Positions 40,614 through 49,140 of a stretch of 64,000 nt of DNA are shown here, piece by piece. Under the pieces are notes generated by a model. The model ran no database searches. It saw only the letters and a program-made list of their open reading frames with translations, and was not told the origin of the DNA. The first letter of the stretch is position 1. Each line of letters starts with the position of its first letter. The stretch spans positions 22,021 to 86,020 of the forward strand of contig CAYNIJ010000010.1 in assembly GCA_964397415.1 (NCBI GenBank), given 5' to 3'. The stretch is from an uncultured Ignavibacteriales bacterium (lineage in GTDB: Bacteria; Zixibacteria; MSB-5A5; GN15; FEB-12). The translations under genes were made by a program, and so were the position numbers.

Positions 40614-41214
40614 GATTGCTATATTCTCCTGTAATGAGTTTTTGCAGAGCGATTGGATAAATGCGGTGTTCTTCGGTCAACACACGCGCGGCAAGCGTGT
40701 CTGGTGTATCGTTTGGAAGCACCGGCACTCGAACCTGTTCTAGTATTTTCCCATGATCGTAGATCTCGTCGGCCAGATGCACCGTACAGCCGGACTCTTT
40801 CTCTTTGGCCGCCAAGACGGCTTCGTGTACAAAATGTCCGTACATACCGGGTCCCCCGTATTTCGGAAGTAACCCGGGGTGAATATTCACGACTCGATTG
40901 TGAAATGCTTTAAGCACTTCAATCGGCATCAATTTCAGATAGCCGGCCATCACCACGTAATCGATCGCGCGCGCGCGAAGCTGACTTACCAATTCTGTTC
41001 CAGCTTGCTCGAGTGAGTCGTACTTCTTCGCGCTGAACACCCAGGTTTCTATACCCTGGTCGGACGCACGCTGCAGTCCCAATGCTTTGGACGTATTCGA
41101 CACCGCCCATACTACTTTCGCGGCAAGTTCGCCGCGGTCGGTCGCATCGATGATCGCCTGCATATCAGAGCCGCGCCCTGAGATAAAGACAGCCAATCGC
41201 GCCGGAAGTGGCAT
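40606..41214 (-). CDS. purN: Phosphoribosylglycinamide formyltransferase
   Basis: 202 aa. VFISGRGSDMQAII and NIHPGLLPKYGG. The ATG overlaps the gatB TAA (TAATG). Confidence 0.9.
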   Translation of the reverse strand: MPLPARLAVFISGRGSDMQAIIDATDRGELAAKVVWAVSNTSKALGLQRASDQGIETWVFSAKKYDSLEQAGTELVSQLRARAIDYVVMAGYLKLMPIEVLKAFHNRVVNIHPGLLPKYGGPGMYGHFVHEAVLAAKEKESGCTVHLADEIYDHGKILEQVRVPVLPNDTPDTLAARVLTEEHRIYPIALQKLITGEYSNHE

Positions 41215-42662
41215 TAACTGTCCAGCCTCTCTCTCAGCAAGCGATTGACCGCCTCCGGATTGGCTTGCCCCTTGGTTGCCTTCATAACCTGACCAACAAA
41301 GAAGCCGAACACATTGGTTTTTCCGGATCGATATTGCGCGACACTGTCCGGACTGGAAGTCAGCACTTGCTCGACTATCGGGATGATCGCAGAATCATCG
41401 GAGATCTGCACTAGTCCCTTTTCCTTGATGATGTCCGACGGATGCTTGCCAGTCTCCACCATTTCCGCGAACACGGTCTTGGCGATCTTGCCTGAGATCT
41501 CACCTGAAGCGATCTTGTTCACCAGTTCGGCCAGCATTGCCGGACGTACCTTGGACTCGGTGATATCTTCGCCGGACTTGTTTATGACGCCCAGTAATTC
41601 TACTTGAAGCCAGTTGGCGGCACCGATCCCGTCACTGGTGTGCCGCAACATCTCTTCGTAGTATTCCGCCAACGCGCGAGAGTCGGTCAGTACATGGGCA
41701 TCGTATTCCCGGATCCCGAACTGCTCAACAAACCGCTTTGCTTTAGCCTCCGCAAGCTCGGGCAAGTCACGACGGGTCTCCTCTATCCATTCATCGGAGA
41801 CGACCAGATTGACCAGATCCGGCTCAGGAAAGTAGCGGTAATCGTGCGACTCCTCTTTTCCGCGCATCGCCTCCGCGACCTGCTTTTTCTCGTTCCACAG
41901 GAGCGTCTCCTGCTCCACTTGACCGCCTGACTTGATCAGTTTGATCTGACGGTCTATCTCATACTTGAGCGCCCGCTCAACTCCCTTGAAGGAGTTCATA
42001 TTTTTGAGTTCCGTGCGGGTACCGAACTTCTCTTGTCCCGCCGGGCGAACAGAGACATTGGCGTCGCACCGCAAATGCCCTTTCTCCATATCACCCGAAC
42101 AGACGCCCAGATACTGCACGATCTGCTTCAGTTTTGTCAAATAGCCGTAGGCTTCTTCTGGAGAGCGGATATCAGCATGCGACACTATTTCCATGAGCGG
42201 AGAACCGCAGCGATTCAGGTCGACTTTGGTGTGGGAGCCGCCATCTTCGGGGTGCATCAGTTTGCCGGCATCCTCTTCAAGGTGAATGCGAATCAGGCGA
42301 ACAGCCTTCTCATCACCAGACTCAAGCCTGAATCGGATCTCCCCCCCCTCGCCTATCGGACGGTCAAACTGCGAAATCTGGTAGCCTTTCGGAAGGTCGG
42401 GATAAAAGTAGTTCTTACGGGCAAAGACCGATCGATTGCGCACAGTGCCACCAATTGCGAGGATCATCTTCATAGCGAACTCAGCCGCCCGCTTATTCAT
42501 TACCGGCAACGCACCAGGAAGACCGAGACAAACCGGGCAAGTTCGGCTGTTCGGTTCTGCGCCGTATTCCACTTTGCAGGAACAGAATATCTTCGATTCG
42601 GTCTGAAGTTGTGCGTGAACCTCGAGACCGATAACCGGCTCGAAGCCCTCGTAGATCGCCAC
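41214..42662 (-). CDS. gatB: Asp/Glu-tRNA amidotransferase subunit B
   Basis: 482 aa. GLEVHAQL, CPVCLGLPGALP, C-terminal YqeY-like tail. GTG start with AGGAGGA SD. Confidence 0.93.
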   Translation of the reverse strand: MAIYEGFEPVIGLEVHAQLQTESKIFCSCKVEYGAEPNSRTCPVCLGLPGALPVMNKRAAEFAMKMILAIGGTVRNRSVFARKNYFYPDLPKGYQISQFDRPIGEGGEIRFRLESGDEKAVRLIRIHLEEDAGKLMHPEDGGSHTKVDLNRCGSPLMEIVSHADIRSPEEAYGYLTKLKQIVQYLGVCSGDMEKGHLRCDANVSVRPAGQEKFGTRTELKNMNSFKGVERALKYEIDRQIKLIKSGGQVEQETLLWNEKKQVAEAMRGKEESHDYRYFPEPDLVNLVVSDEWIEETRRDLPELAEAKAKRFVEQFGIREYDAHVLTDSRALAEYYEEMLRHTSDGIGAANWLQVELLGVINKSGEDITESKVRPAMLAELVNKIASGEISGKIAKTVFAEMVETGKHPSDIIKEKGLVQISDDSAIIPIVEQVLTSSPDSVAQYRSGKTNVFGFFVGQVMKATKGQANPEAVNRLLRERLDS

Positions 42663-42688
42663 GCGTTGCTATCCTCCTGAAAGCGGGA

Positions 42689-42716
42689 AATATAGGGGGC
42701 CCCGACCCAAGGTCAA
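42689..42716 (-). promoter_or_regulatory. Putative sigma70-type promoter TTGACC-16-TATATT for gatB-purNCH
   Basis: ggtcaa at 42711-42716, aatata at 42689-42694. The -10 is embedded in CCCCCTATATTTCCC. Confidence 0.5.
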
Positions 42717-42744
42717 GCGATTCCGGCAGCCACCCAACCCGATA

Positions 42745-43377
42745 TCAGAACCAGACTTGGAGCATGTGAAGCTCCTCACGCAACTGCGCTGCCGAACGGA
42801 ATACGATGAAGTGCATACCGGCCTTCCGCACAGCATCGCCATATGCCGTCGTATCATCAATGAACACGATCTCTTCCGGACGCATACAGCATTGCAACAC
42901 CAGCTTTTCGAAGATGGCCGACTCCGGCTTCCGAGCGCCAACCTCATAGGACATCATCACGAAGTCAAACCCCTCTCGCAGGTTGAGGCGCTTCTGCAGA
43001 TCATGCTCCCATGCGCAATTGTTGGAAAGCATCCCCAGGAGAAATCTCCCTTTAAGTTGATCCTTGATTCGGAGGGAGTCTGGCATGGGATGGAACATGC
43101 CGACAAACATCTCGTGCAGATCCTCATCAGCTTGACTGATTCCACCTGCTTGGCGAAATGCGGCCCAATACGTCGGTTCGTCAATCTCTCCCCGCTCAAA
43201 CTCGGCGATACGGGATTCCCACGCCGCCTCCGCCCGTTCAACGGAGATGCCGAGATGTGAGGAGAAGTGCTCCAGCGATTGACGGTAATTGTAGGTGTAG
43301 AGAACACCCCCGAAGTCGAACACTACTGCTCGAACAGGAGTCGAAAGTCGACTGGAAGCTAGCTGTGGTCCAGGCAT
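42745..43377 (-). CDS. HAD-superfamily hydrolase (subfamily IA-like)
   Basis: 210 aa. Motif I VVFDFGGVL and motif IV-like FIDDT. Substrate unknown. Confidence 0.7.
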   Translation of the reverse strand: MPGPQLASSRLSTPVRAVVFDFGGVLYTYNYRQSLEHFSSHLGISVERAEAAWESRIAEFERGEIDEPTYWAAFRQAGGISQADEDLHEMFVGMFHPMPDSLRIKDQLKGRFLLGMLSNNCAWEHDLQKRLNLREGFDFVMMSYEVGARKPESAIFEKLVLQCCMRPEEIVFIDDTTAYGDAVRKAGMHFIVFRSAAQLREELHMLQVWF

Positions 43378-44147
43378 AGCAGGAATGAATGGAGATGGTT
43401 ATCGAACAGCCGGGGCGCTTCGAGGTTGATGAGATGACCGATATCGGGGAACTCCACCAGCCGCGATCCGGCGATCCGCTTGTGAAGCTCTCGGGATAGA
43501 GGCACAAAGACCTTATCTAACTCGCCGATCATTATCGCAGTCGGCACTGTGATACGGTGCACCTGCTCGGTGTAAACCTGCGTACGGTACTTACCGCGCA
43601 TTGGGTCCTTCCATATCTCCCCGGTGTGGTCATCGATCATCTGAGTGACCAGTTCGGCAATATGCGCTCGATCACCCTTCAGCCATGCCAGGGTCATCTC
43701 TTTCCAGGCCGACTTGGCGGCTTCAAGTGACTGCTCACGAGCCAGCTTGTCGAACTTCTGATACTTCTTCCCAATGTCGTACCCCGACGCTCCCGTGCTG
43801 ACGAGCGTCAGTGAAGCTAATCTATCCTGATGTTCCAGCGCGTACCCGATCCCCGTCGAGCCTCCCATGGAGAGTCCAACCAAATGTATCCGCGAAAGAC
43901 CAAGCGTTTCGAAAAATGTGTGAAGATCCTCCACCCGCTCAAACCGTCCATATCGGCCGGGCGCGGCATCGGACTTGCCGTGCCCCATGGCATCGACCAA
44001 TATCACACGGTAATGCGTCTTGAAAAACTCCGCCTGGGCGTACCAGGACCGTCGATCCAACGTGAACCCATGCAGGAAAACGAGCGGTTCGCCCTCGCCG
44101 AACTCCTCGTAAAACATCCGATAACCGCCAAGATCCGCGTAGGGCAT
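43359..44147 (-). CDS. Alpha/beta-fold hydrolase
   Basis: 262 aa. HGFTLD oxyanion region, GLSMGG nucleophile elbow, C-terminal GH. Confidence 0.75.
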   Translation of the reverse strand: MPYADLGGYRMFYEEFGEGEPLVFLHGFTLDRRSWYAQAEFFKTHYRVILVDAMGHGKSDAAPGRYGRFERVEDLHTFFETLGLSRIHLVGLSMGGSTGIGYALEHQDRLASLTLVSTGASGYDIGKKYQKFDKLAREQSLEAAKSAWKEMTLAWLKGDRAHIAELVTQMIDDHTGEIWKDPMRGKYRTQVYTEQVHRITVPTAIMIGELDKVFVPLSRELHKRIAGSRLVEFPDIGHLINLEAPRLFDNHLHSFLLCLDHS

Positions 44148-44149
44148 GA

Positions 44150-45583
44150 TTACCTCAGTCTCTCCAGATTATGCGCCACCTGAAAGAGTGATAACTCGTC
44201 AAGATAGCGCCCCATGAACTGCACACCTATCGGGCGTCCATCGGAGGATACGCCGTACGGCACCGAGATTGCCGGATGACCCGTCAGACTCGCGGTGACC
44301 GTATAAACATCGGAAAGATACATCGCCAGCGGGTCGCTGATCTTTTCCCCCAGCTTAAAGGCGGGAGTCGGCGAAGTGGGGCAAATGATCAGGTCGCATT
44401 TCTCGAATGCCATCTCTACCTCGCGTCGCAACAACTCGCGCACTTTGGATGCCTTGATATAGTATGCGTCGTAATAACCGGTGGAAAGCGTGTAGGTCCC
44501 CAGCATGATCCGCCGTTTGACTTCGCGGCCGAATCCTTTGGCGCGCGTGTCGCTGTACATCTCAGCCAGCGATTTGTCGCCGGACTGCCGAATCCCGTAT
44601 TTCACGCCGTCAAAACGCGCCAGGTTGGCGGAAGCCTCGGCGCATGCCACTACATAGTAGACGGCGATCCCCTTGTCGGTCGACGGCAATGAAACATCGA
44701 CGATCGTGTGACCGGACTTCTTCAGTGCGGTGATCGCATTTTGCACCACTTGATTGACTTCACGGTCCAGACCGTCGGGGAAATACTCCTTGGGAATGCC
44801 GATCCGGAATTTTCTTTCGGACTTCACCATTTTGAGATAGTCGGGGTGCTCGAAAGCCACCGACGTAGAATCACGCCGGTCGCGACCTGCCACTGCCCGA
44901 TAGACCAATGCAATATCCTCTGCTTTGCGCGCGAATGGCGAGATCTGGTCGGTCGACGACGCAAACGCTACCAGTCCGTACCGTGAAACAGAGCCATACG
45001 ACGGCTTCAGACCGAATATCCCGCAGAACGAGGCTGGCTGTCTGACCGAACCCCCGGTCTCTGAGCCGAACGCAAGCGGCACTATCCCCTGCGCGACAGC
45101 CGCCGCCGAGCCGCCCGATGACCCACCCGGCGCTAAATCGCGACGAATTGGATTGTGAACTGGCCCGAAAAAGCTGTTCTCATTGGATGACCCCATCGCG
45201 AACTCATCCATATTGGTCTTGCCGATGATCACTGCCCCTTCGGCGATCAATCGCGTTACGAGTGTTGCATCGTATGGTGGGATATAACCTTCGAGAATGT
45301 GCGATCCGCAGGTGCACGGGTAATCGGTGTAAGAGATATTATCTTTTATGGCGACCGGCACTCCCGCCAGTCTCCCCACCGCTTCCTTGCCCTTCACCCT
45401 CTCGTCAACCTCCGCCGCCTGTCTGAGCGCCTTCTCTTCGCAGATCGTGACAAAGGCGTTCAGTTCTTTCCCTTCGGTCGTGGCCAGACGAATCGCTTCC
45501 TTGGCGATCTCGACCGCGGAGCGCTTTCCGGCTTTGACTGATTCAGCTATTTCTGTCGCGGTGAGTGACTTGTAGTCAGACAT
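44150..45583 (-). CDS. gatA: Asp/Glu-tRNA amidotransferase subunit A
   Basis: Amidase signature GGSSGGSAAAVA. The ATG at 45583 (MSDYKSLTATEIAESV...) fits GatA N-termini. The track start at 45604 (GTG) would lie inside the predicted promoter. Confidence 0.92.
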   Translation of the reverse strand: MSDYKSLTATEIAESVKAGKRSAVEIAKEAIRLATTEGKELNAFVTICEEKALRQAAEVDERVKGKEAVGRLAGVPVAIKDNISYTDYPCTCGSHILEGYIPPYDATLVTRLIAEGAVIIGKTNMDEFAMGSSNENSFFGPVHNPIRRDLAPGGSSGGSAAAVAQGIVPLAFGSETGGSVRQPASFCGIFGLKPSYGSVSRYGLVAFASSTDQISPFARKAEDIALVYRAVAGRDRRDSTSVAFEHPDYLKMVKSERKFRIGIPKEYFPDGLDREVNQVVQNAITALKKSGHTIVDVSLPSTDKGIAVYYVVACAEASANLARFDGVKYGIRQSGDKSLAEMYSDTRAKGFGREVKRRIMLGTYTLSTGYYDAYYIKASKVRELLRREVEMAFEKCDLIICPTSPTPAFKLGEKISDPLAMYLSDVYTVTASLTGHPAISVPYGVSSDGRPIGVQFMGRYLDELSLFQVAHNLERLR

Positions 45584-45589
45584 GAGGGG

Positions 45590-45617
45590 AATATAGGGGC
45601 GCACAAGGTGTAGGCAA
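45590..45617 (-). promoter_or_regulatory. Putative sigma70-type promoter TTGCCT-16-TATATT, with the -10 box 6 nt from the gatA ATG (leaderless geometry)
   Basis: aggcaa at 45612-45617, aatata at 45590-45595, then cccctc, then ATG (45583). The -10 is embedded in CCCCTATATTCCCC. Confidence 0.45.
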
Positions 45618-45637
45618 GCCTCATTTCCATCCCAAGA

Positions 45638-46816
45638 TCACTCTTGGTTGGGTAGACTATCAGGCGCTGTGTAAGAGATGGAGATTGGTTGGAGTTGCTC
45701 ACTTTGCAACCTGAATTTCACTTCCACAGTGCCGCCTCTCTTGAGTCCCACGGGATCGCCTCTCTTCCAAGAAGGTGTTTTGTACGTGAGGCTCCTTTCG
45801 TCCCAGTAGGCTGGATGTAGTACTTGGATGTAGACACTGTCTGGGAGAAGTTCTTTTGCGTACTTCGCTAACACTTCGCCTACTGCCCATTCGAAAGGCA
45901 ACTGCGTGGAGCCCGAATCCTGACTCTCTAATGTATCGAAAAACGAACTGTCAACGTATCTTGGTGGTTGTTTGACGTAGCTGCTGTCTCCGCTTCTGCG
46001 CACTTTGTATTCGATCCGTTCTTCAAGATCGGAATAATCAAAGGTGCCCCACTTCACATACGGCTTTGCATTCTTGAGTCCCAGTTGAATTCGTACTTTG
46101 CCACCAGACGGACAACAATTCCCGTCGCCATCGCGCCAGGTCCACTTCTCGTAGAAAAGTGTACGAATATTTGGACCGCCGCCTTTCCATATCCCGTGCC
46201 CTTCTGGGAGAAGTACGTCTAGTGCTTTCCAGAATGGCCGATAGAGTTCCAGCTCTCTTGGTACACATTTGACTGAGTCCCAGACCCAGTACTTTTCCTC
46301 ACGCAAAGCTCCAGTCCCACTTACCTGACGGTCGGTGCACAGGATCCAGTGGCCATCGGTCTCTACAAAGAAAGACGGCTTAATAATGTAGGTGTATAGA
46401 TCTCCTCCAAGTACATAGAGAAGTCGGTATCTCCCGGAAGCAGTTTCACCCGCAATTGCTTTCAATATAGAAGTTCTGTGGCGTTTAGTAGTGTCATCCC
46501 ATACGCGAAACTCACCTGAGAGCATCAAGTCTACAGTCAAGAGGCTACCCAGATAGCCAATTGTATCTATTGACCATTGAGGAAGGTCATCTTCTTTTAA
46601 CCTGTACAGAAGAGAGGGGTCGATAAAAGAGAATATGATACTGTCCTGAAGCTCTTGTAAGCTGGCGGAACTTGGTGCCGGTGTCCCGGAGTTGGTAAAC
46701 CACTCCGCCGACTCAAGCGTGTCCGTGATTATGATCTCCCCAGCTGTCAATGAAATTGGTCCACAAGCCAAAAAAACGGAGATGGTAAAGACGGCCGCAA
46801 TATGTCGAATCGTCAT
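45638..46816 (-). CDS. Hypothetical Trp-rich lipoprotein, no recognisable family
   Basis: ATG at 46816 with GGGGAG SD gives MTIRHIAAVFTISVFLACG (lipobox). Lower GC: one hand-counted 100-nt sample (46401-46500) is 46 percent. Sits between the glnA terminator and the gatA promoter. Confidence 0.5.
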   Translation of the reverse strand: MTIRHIAAVFTISVFLACGPISLTAGEIIITDTLESAEWFTNSGTPAPSSASLQELQDSIIFSFIDPSLLYRLKEDDLPQWSIDTIGYLGSLLTVDLMLSGEFRVWDDTTKRHRTSILKAIAGETASGRYRLLYVLGGDLYTYIIKPSFFVETDGHWILCTDRQVSGTGALREEKYWVWDSVKCVPRELELYRPFWKALDVLLPEGHGIWKGGGPNIRTLFYEKWTWRDGDGNCCPSGGKVRIQLGLKNAKPYVKWGTFDYSDLEERIEYKVRRSGDSSYVKQPPRYVDSSFFDTLESQDSGSTQLPFEWAVGEVLAKYAKELLPDSVYIQVLHPAYWDERSLTYKTPSWKRGDPVGLKRGGTVEVKFRLQSEQLQPISISYTAPDSLPNQE

Positions 46817-46882
46817 TCTGACTCCCCAGTTCATTGCTTTCAACTTCTAATCTAGGCTCGGTCCGACTGGCAAAACAAGCAC

Positions 46883-46912
46883 AAAAAAAAACAGGCCCCT
46901 CTCAGGGCCTGT
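46883..46912 (-). terminator. Rho-independent terminator of glnA
   Basis: Minus strand: acaggccc ugagag gggccugu followed by nine U (the a-run at 46883-46891, whose last base is also the first stem base). Perfect 8-bp stem. Lies 27 nt after the glnA stop. Confidence 0.85.
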
Positions 46913-46938
46913 CCGGTACCAATTTCAACACCGGGGCT

Positions 46939-48264
46939 CTATAGCATCTTCTGATACATGTCAGTCTCGTACTGGCTGACATGAATGCGATAGCGATCCC
47001 ATTCCATCTTCTTATTCTCGATCAACTTGTTGAAGACATGTTCGCCAAGCGCTTCCTTGACCAGCTTCGATCCTTCGGCCAGCGCGATCGCCTGCTCGAG
47101 CGAACCCGGCAGCGTGTCGATCTTCAGCTTGTCTTTCTGCGCCTGGGTCATCTCGAATATGTTCTCTTCGATCGGGCCCGGCAGGGTGTACTTCCCTTCG
47201 ATTCCTTTCAACCCGGCGGCTAGGATGAGGGCAAATGTCAGATACGGGTTGGCAGCCGGGTCCGGCGAGCGCAGCTCGATACGGGTGGCGCGCTCTTTGC
47301 CAACGCGGTACATCGGGACACGGACCAGACTCGAGCGATTACGACGGCCCCATCCGACATAAACCGGAGCTTCATATCCCGGCACTAACCGCTTGTAGGA
47401 GTTGACCCACTGGTTAAGCACCAGTGTGATCTCGCGGACGTGGGTCAACACGCCAGCCATAAAGTGGCGGGCAGTCTCGGAGAGCAGATGGTCCCCTTTG
47501 GGGTCGAAGAAGAGGTTCTTATCACCTTTGAAGAGCGACACATGGCAGTGCATCCCAGAGCCGTTTTCGCCGAAGATCGGCTTCGGCATGAAGCTGGCAT
47601 AGACGCCGTTCTCCATGGCGATCTCTTTGACCACAAACTTGTAGACCTGGGCGAAATCGGCCATCACCAGCGCTTCCTGGTATTTCAGGTCGATCTCGTG
47701 CTGGCTCGGCGCCACTTCGTGGTGCGAGCACTCAACGGCTATATCCATCATCTCGAGCGCGGCGACCGTCTTCTTGCGAAGCTGCGTGCCGACATCAACC
47801 AGTTCGTAGTCGAAATAACCGGCATCATCCAGGGTCTTCGGCTCATGTTGGTTCTCGAAGTAGAAATATTCCAACTCCGGACCAACATACATGGTCCAGC
47901 CTTTTTCTTTGACTTTGGCGAGCTGACGTTTCAGCACGTAGCGTGGGTCGCCATCATAGGGAGTGCCATCGGGGTTCTGAATATCGCAGAACATCATGGC
48001 TACCTTCTCACCGGCGATCTCCCACGGGATAACACGGAACGTCAGCGGGTCCGGTATCGCCATTAAATCGGATTCATCAATACGGGCGAAACCTTCGACA
48101 GAGGAGCCGTCAAACCCCTGCCCTTCCTCCAGCACCTGCTCGAACTCGGAGCGGGTGATGGACATTCCCTTGATCTTGCCCAGGATGTCGGTAAAACAGA
48201 GCCTGATATAACGCACGCCGGCTTCGTCAACTAAACGAAGGACATCTTCTTTGGTTTTGGTCAT
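46939..48264 (-). CDS. glnA: Glutamine synthetase type I (short, GSI-alpha-like)
   Basis: 441 aa. FMPKPIFGENGSGMHCHVSL and RVPMYR motifs. AGGAG SD. Confidence 0.93.
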   Translation of the reverse strand: MTKTKEDVLRLVDEAGVRYIRLCFTDILGKIKGMSITRSEFEQVLEEGQGFDGSSVEGFARIDESDLMAIPDPLTFRVIPWEIAGEKVAMMFCDIQNPDGTPYDGDPRYVLKRQLAKVKEKGWTMYVGPELEYFYFENQHEPKTLDDAGYFDYELVDVGTQLRKKTVAALEMMDIAVECSHHEVAPSQHEIDLKYQEALVMADFAQVYKFVVKEIAMENGVYASFMPKPIFGENGSGMHCHVSLFKGDKNLFFDPKGDHLLSETARHFMAGVLTHVREITLVLNQWVNSYKRLVPGYEAPVYVGWGRRNRSSLVRVPMYRVGKERATRIELRSPDPAANPYLTFALILAAGLKGIEGKYTLPGPIEENIFEMTQAQKDKLKIDTLPGSLEQAIALAEGSKLVKEALGEHVFNKLIENKKMEWDRYRIHVSQYETDMYQKML

Positions 48265-48405
48265 GGACGTTGCTCCTGCCTGAAGTCTGGGTTCTGGAAA
48301 GGCGGCAATTTATATGGTTAAATCGGGAACGCAAGGCAAAAGTGCACTGAATTAGTGTCCAAAATTAGAGCATTTCGGCCCATATTCAGCTGCTGGGCAC
48401 TGACT

Positions 48406-48424
48406 TTGTGAAAACCGTTCACAA
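48406..48424. promoter_or_regulatory. Perfect 7-5-7 palindrome TTGTGAA-AACCG-TTCACAA upstream of glnA
   Basis: Contains TGTGA-N7-TCACA, which fits the TnrA/GlnR-type pattern TGTNA-N7-TNACA. Centred about 150 nt upstream of the glnA ATG. Confidence 0.4.
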
Positions 48425-48511
48425 GGACTACGATTTGTAAGGGAAACCCTGAATCCTTTCCCCGAATTTCCCGATTTGCCGATTGGTGAAGCTCTGCGGG
48501 CTCGACCCCGC

Positions 48512-49006
48512 CTACTCCGAGAGCTTTAGACTGATAGTCTTTCTGTCCGGGGTAAGCTGTCTGGTCTTCACCCCTGCCATGGCAAATATCCGCTGCGCGG
48601 CTATAAACTTATCGTCATGAGCATACTTATCCGAGAGGTAGACCACCTCTTTGATCCCGACCTGGACGATCAGTTTGGCGCATTCATTACAGGGGTAAAG
48701 CGAAACATACAGCGAAGCACCATCCAGATCCGGCTTATTCGACGCGTTGGTGATGGCGTTCATTTCTGCATGACAGACATAGGCGTACTTGGTTTCGAGG
48801 AAATTCCCTTCCCGCGCCCACGGGAGTTCATCATCGGAGCAACCCGCGGGAAAGCCATTGTAGCCGATGCCAATGATCCGCTTGGTTTTGTTGACGATAC
48901 AGGCGCCAACTTGGGTGCCGGGGTCCTTGGACCGTTGGGCGGAAAGCTGGGCCACCGCCATAAAGTAATCATCCCAGCTCAAATAGTCGGTTCGTTTACT
49001 GGTCAT
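48512..49006 (-). CDS. dCMP deaminase (ComEB-like cytidine/deoxycytidylate deaminase)
   Basis: 164 aa. CHAEMNAI and PCNECAK zinc motifs. Confidence 0.88.
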   Translation of the reverse strand: MTSKRTDYLSWDDYFMAVAQLSAQRSKDPGTQVGACIVNKTKRIIGIGYNGFPAGCSDDELPWAREGNFLETKYAYVCHAEMNAITNASNKPDLDGASLYVSLYPCNECAKLIVQVGIKEVVYLSDKYAHDDKFIAAQRIFAMAGVKTRQLTPDRKTISLKLSE

Positions 49007-49012
49007 GGCGGG

Positions 49013-49041
49013 AGTATATCAGGTCGAATTAAGGCAGTCAA
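49013..49041 (-). promoter_or_regulatory. Putative sigma70-type promoter TTGACT-17-TATACT, with the -10 box 6 nt from the dCMP deaminase ATG (leaderless geometry)
   Basis: agtcaa at 49036-49041, agtata at 49013-49018, then cccgcc, then ATG (49006). No SD is possible in that space. Confidence 0.5.
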
Positions 49042-49054
49042 GCCTCGGACCGGC

Positions 49055-49084
49055 TTGACGTGTCGCTATCCACCGCACTAACTT
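49055..49084 (+). promoter_or_regulatory. Putative divergent promoter TTGACG-18-TAACTT for the exported nucleosidase gene
   Basis: ttgacg at 49055-49060, taactt at 49079-49084. Its -35 box is the other arm of the inverted repeat gtcaagcc/ggcttgac (49037-49059). Confidence 0.35.
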
Positions 49085-49140
49085 GGACAGCACGACGTGT
49101 GGCAGACGATGAATCACGTGCCTTCTTGGATGCGAGGAAT

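Noticed and set aside
48265-48405. Glutamine riboswitch (glnA RNA motif) or a clear sigma70 promoter in the glnA leader.
   Set aside because: I could not find the conserved glutamine-riboswitch core on the glnA-sense strand. The best promoter candidate (TTGCCT-17-CATATA) is too weak to report.
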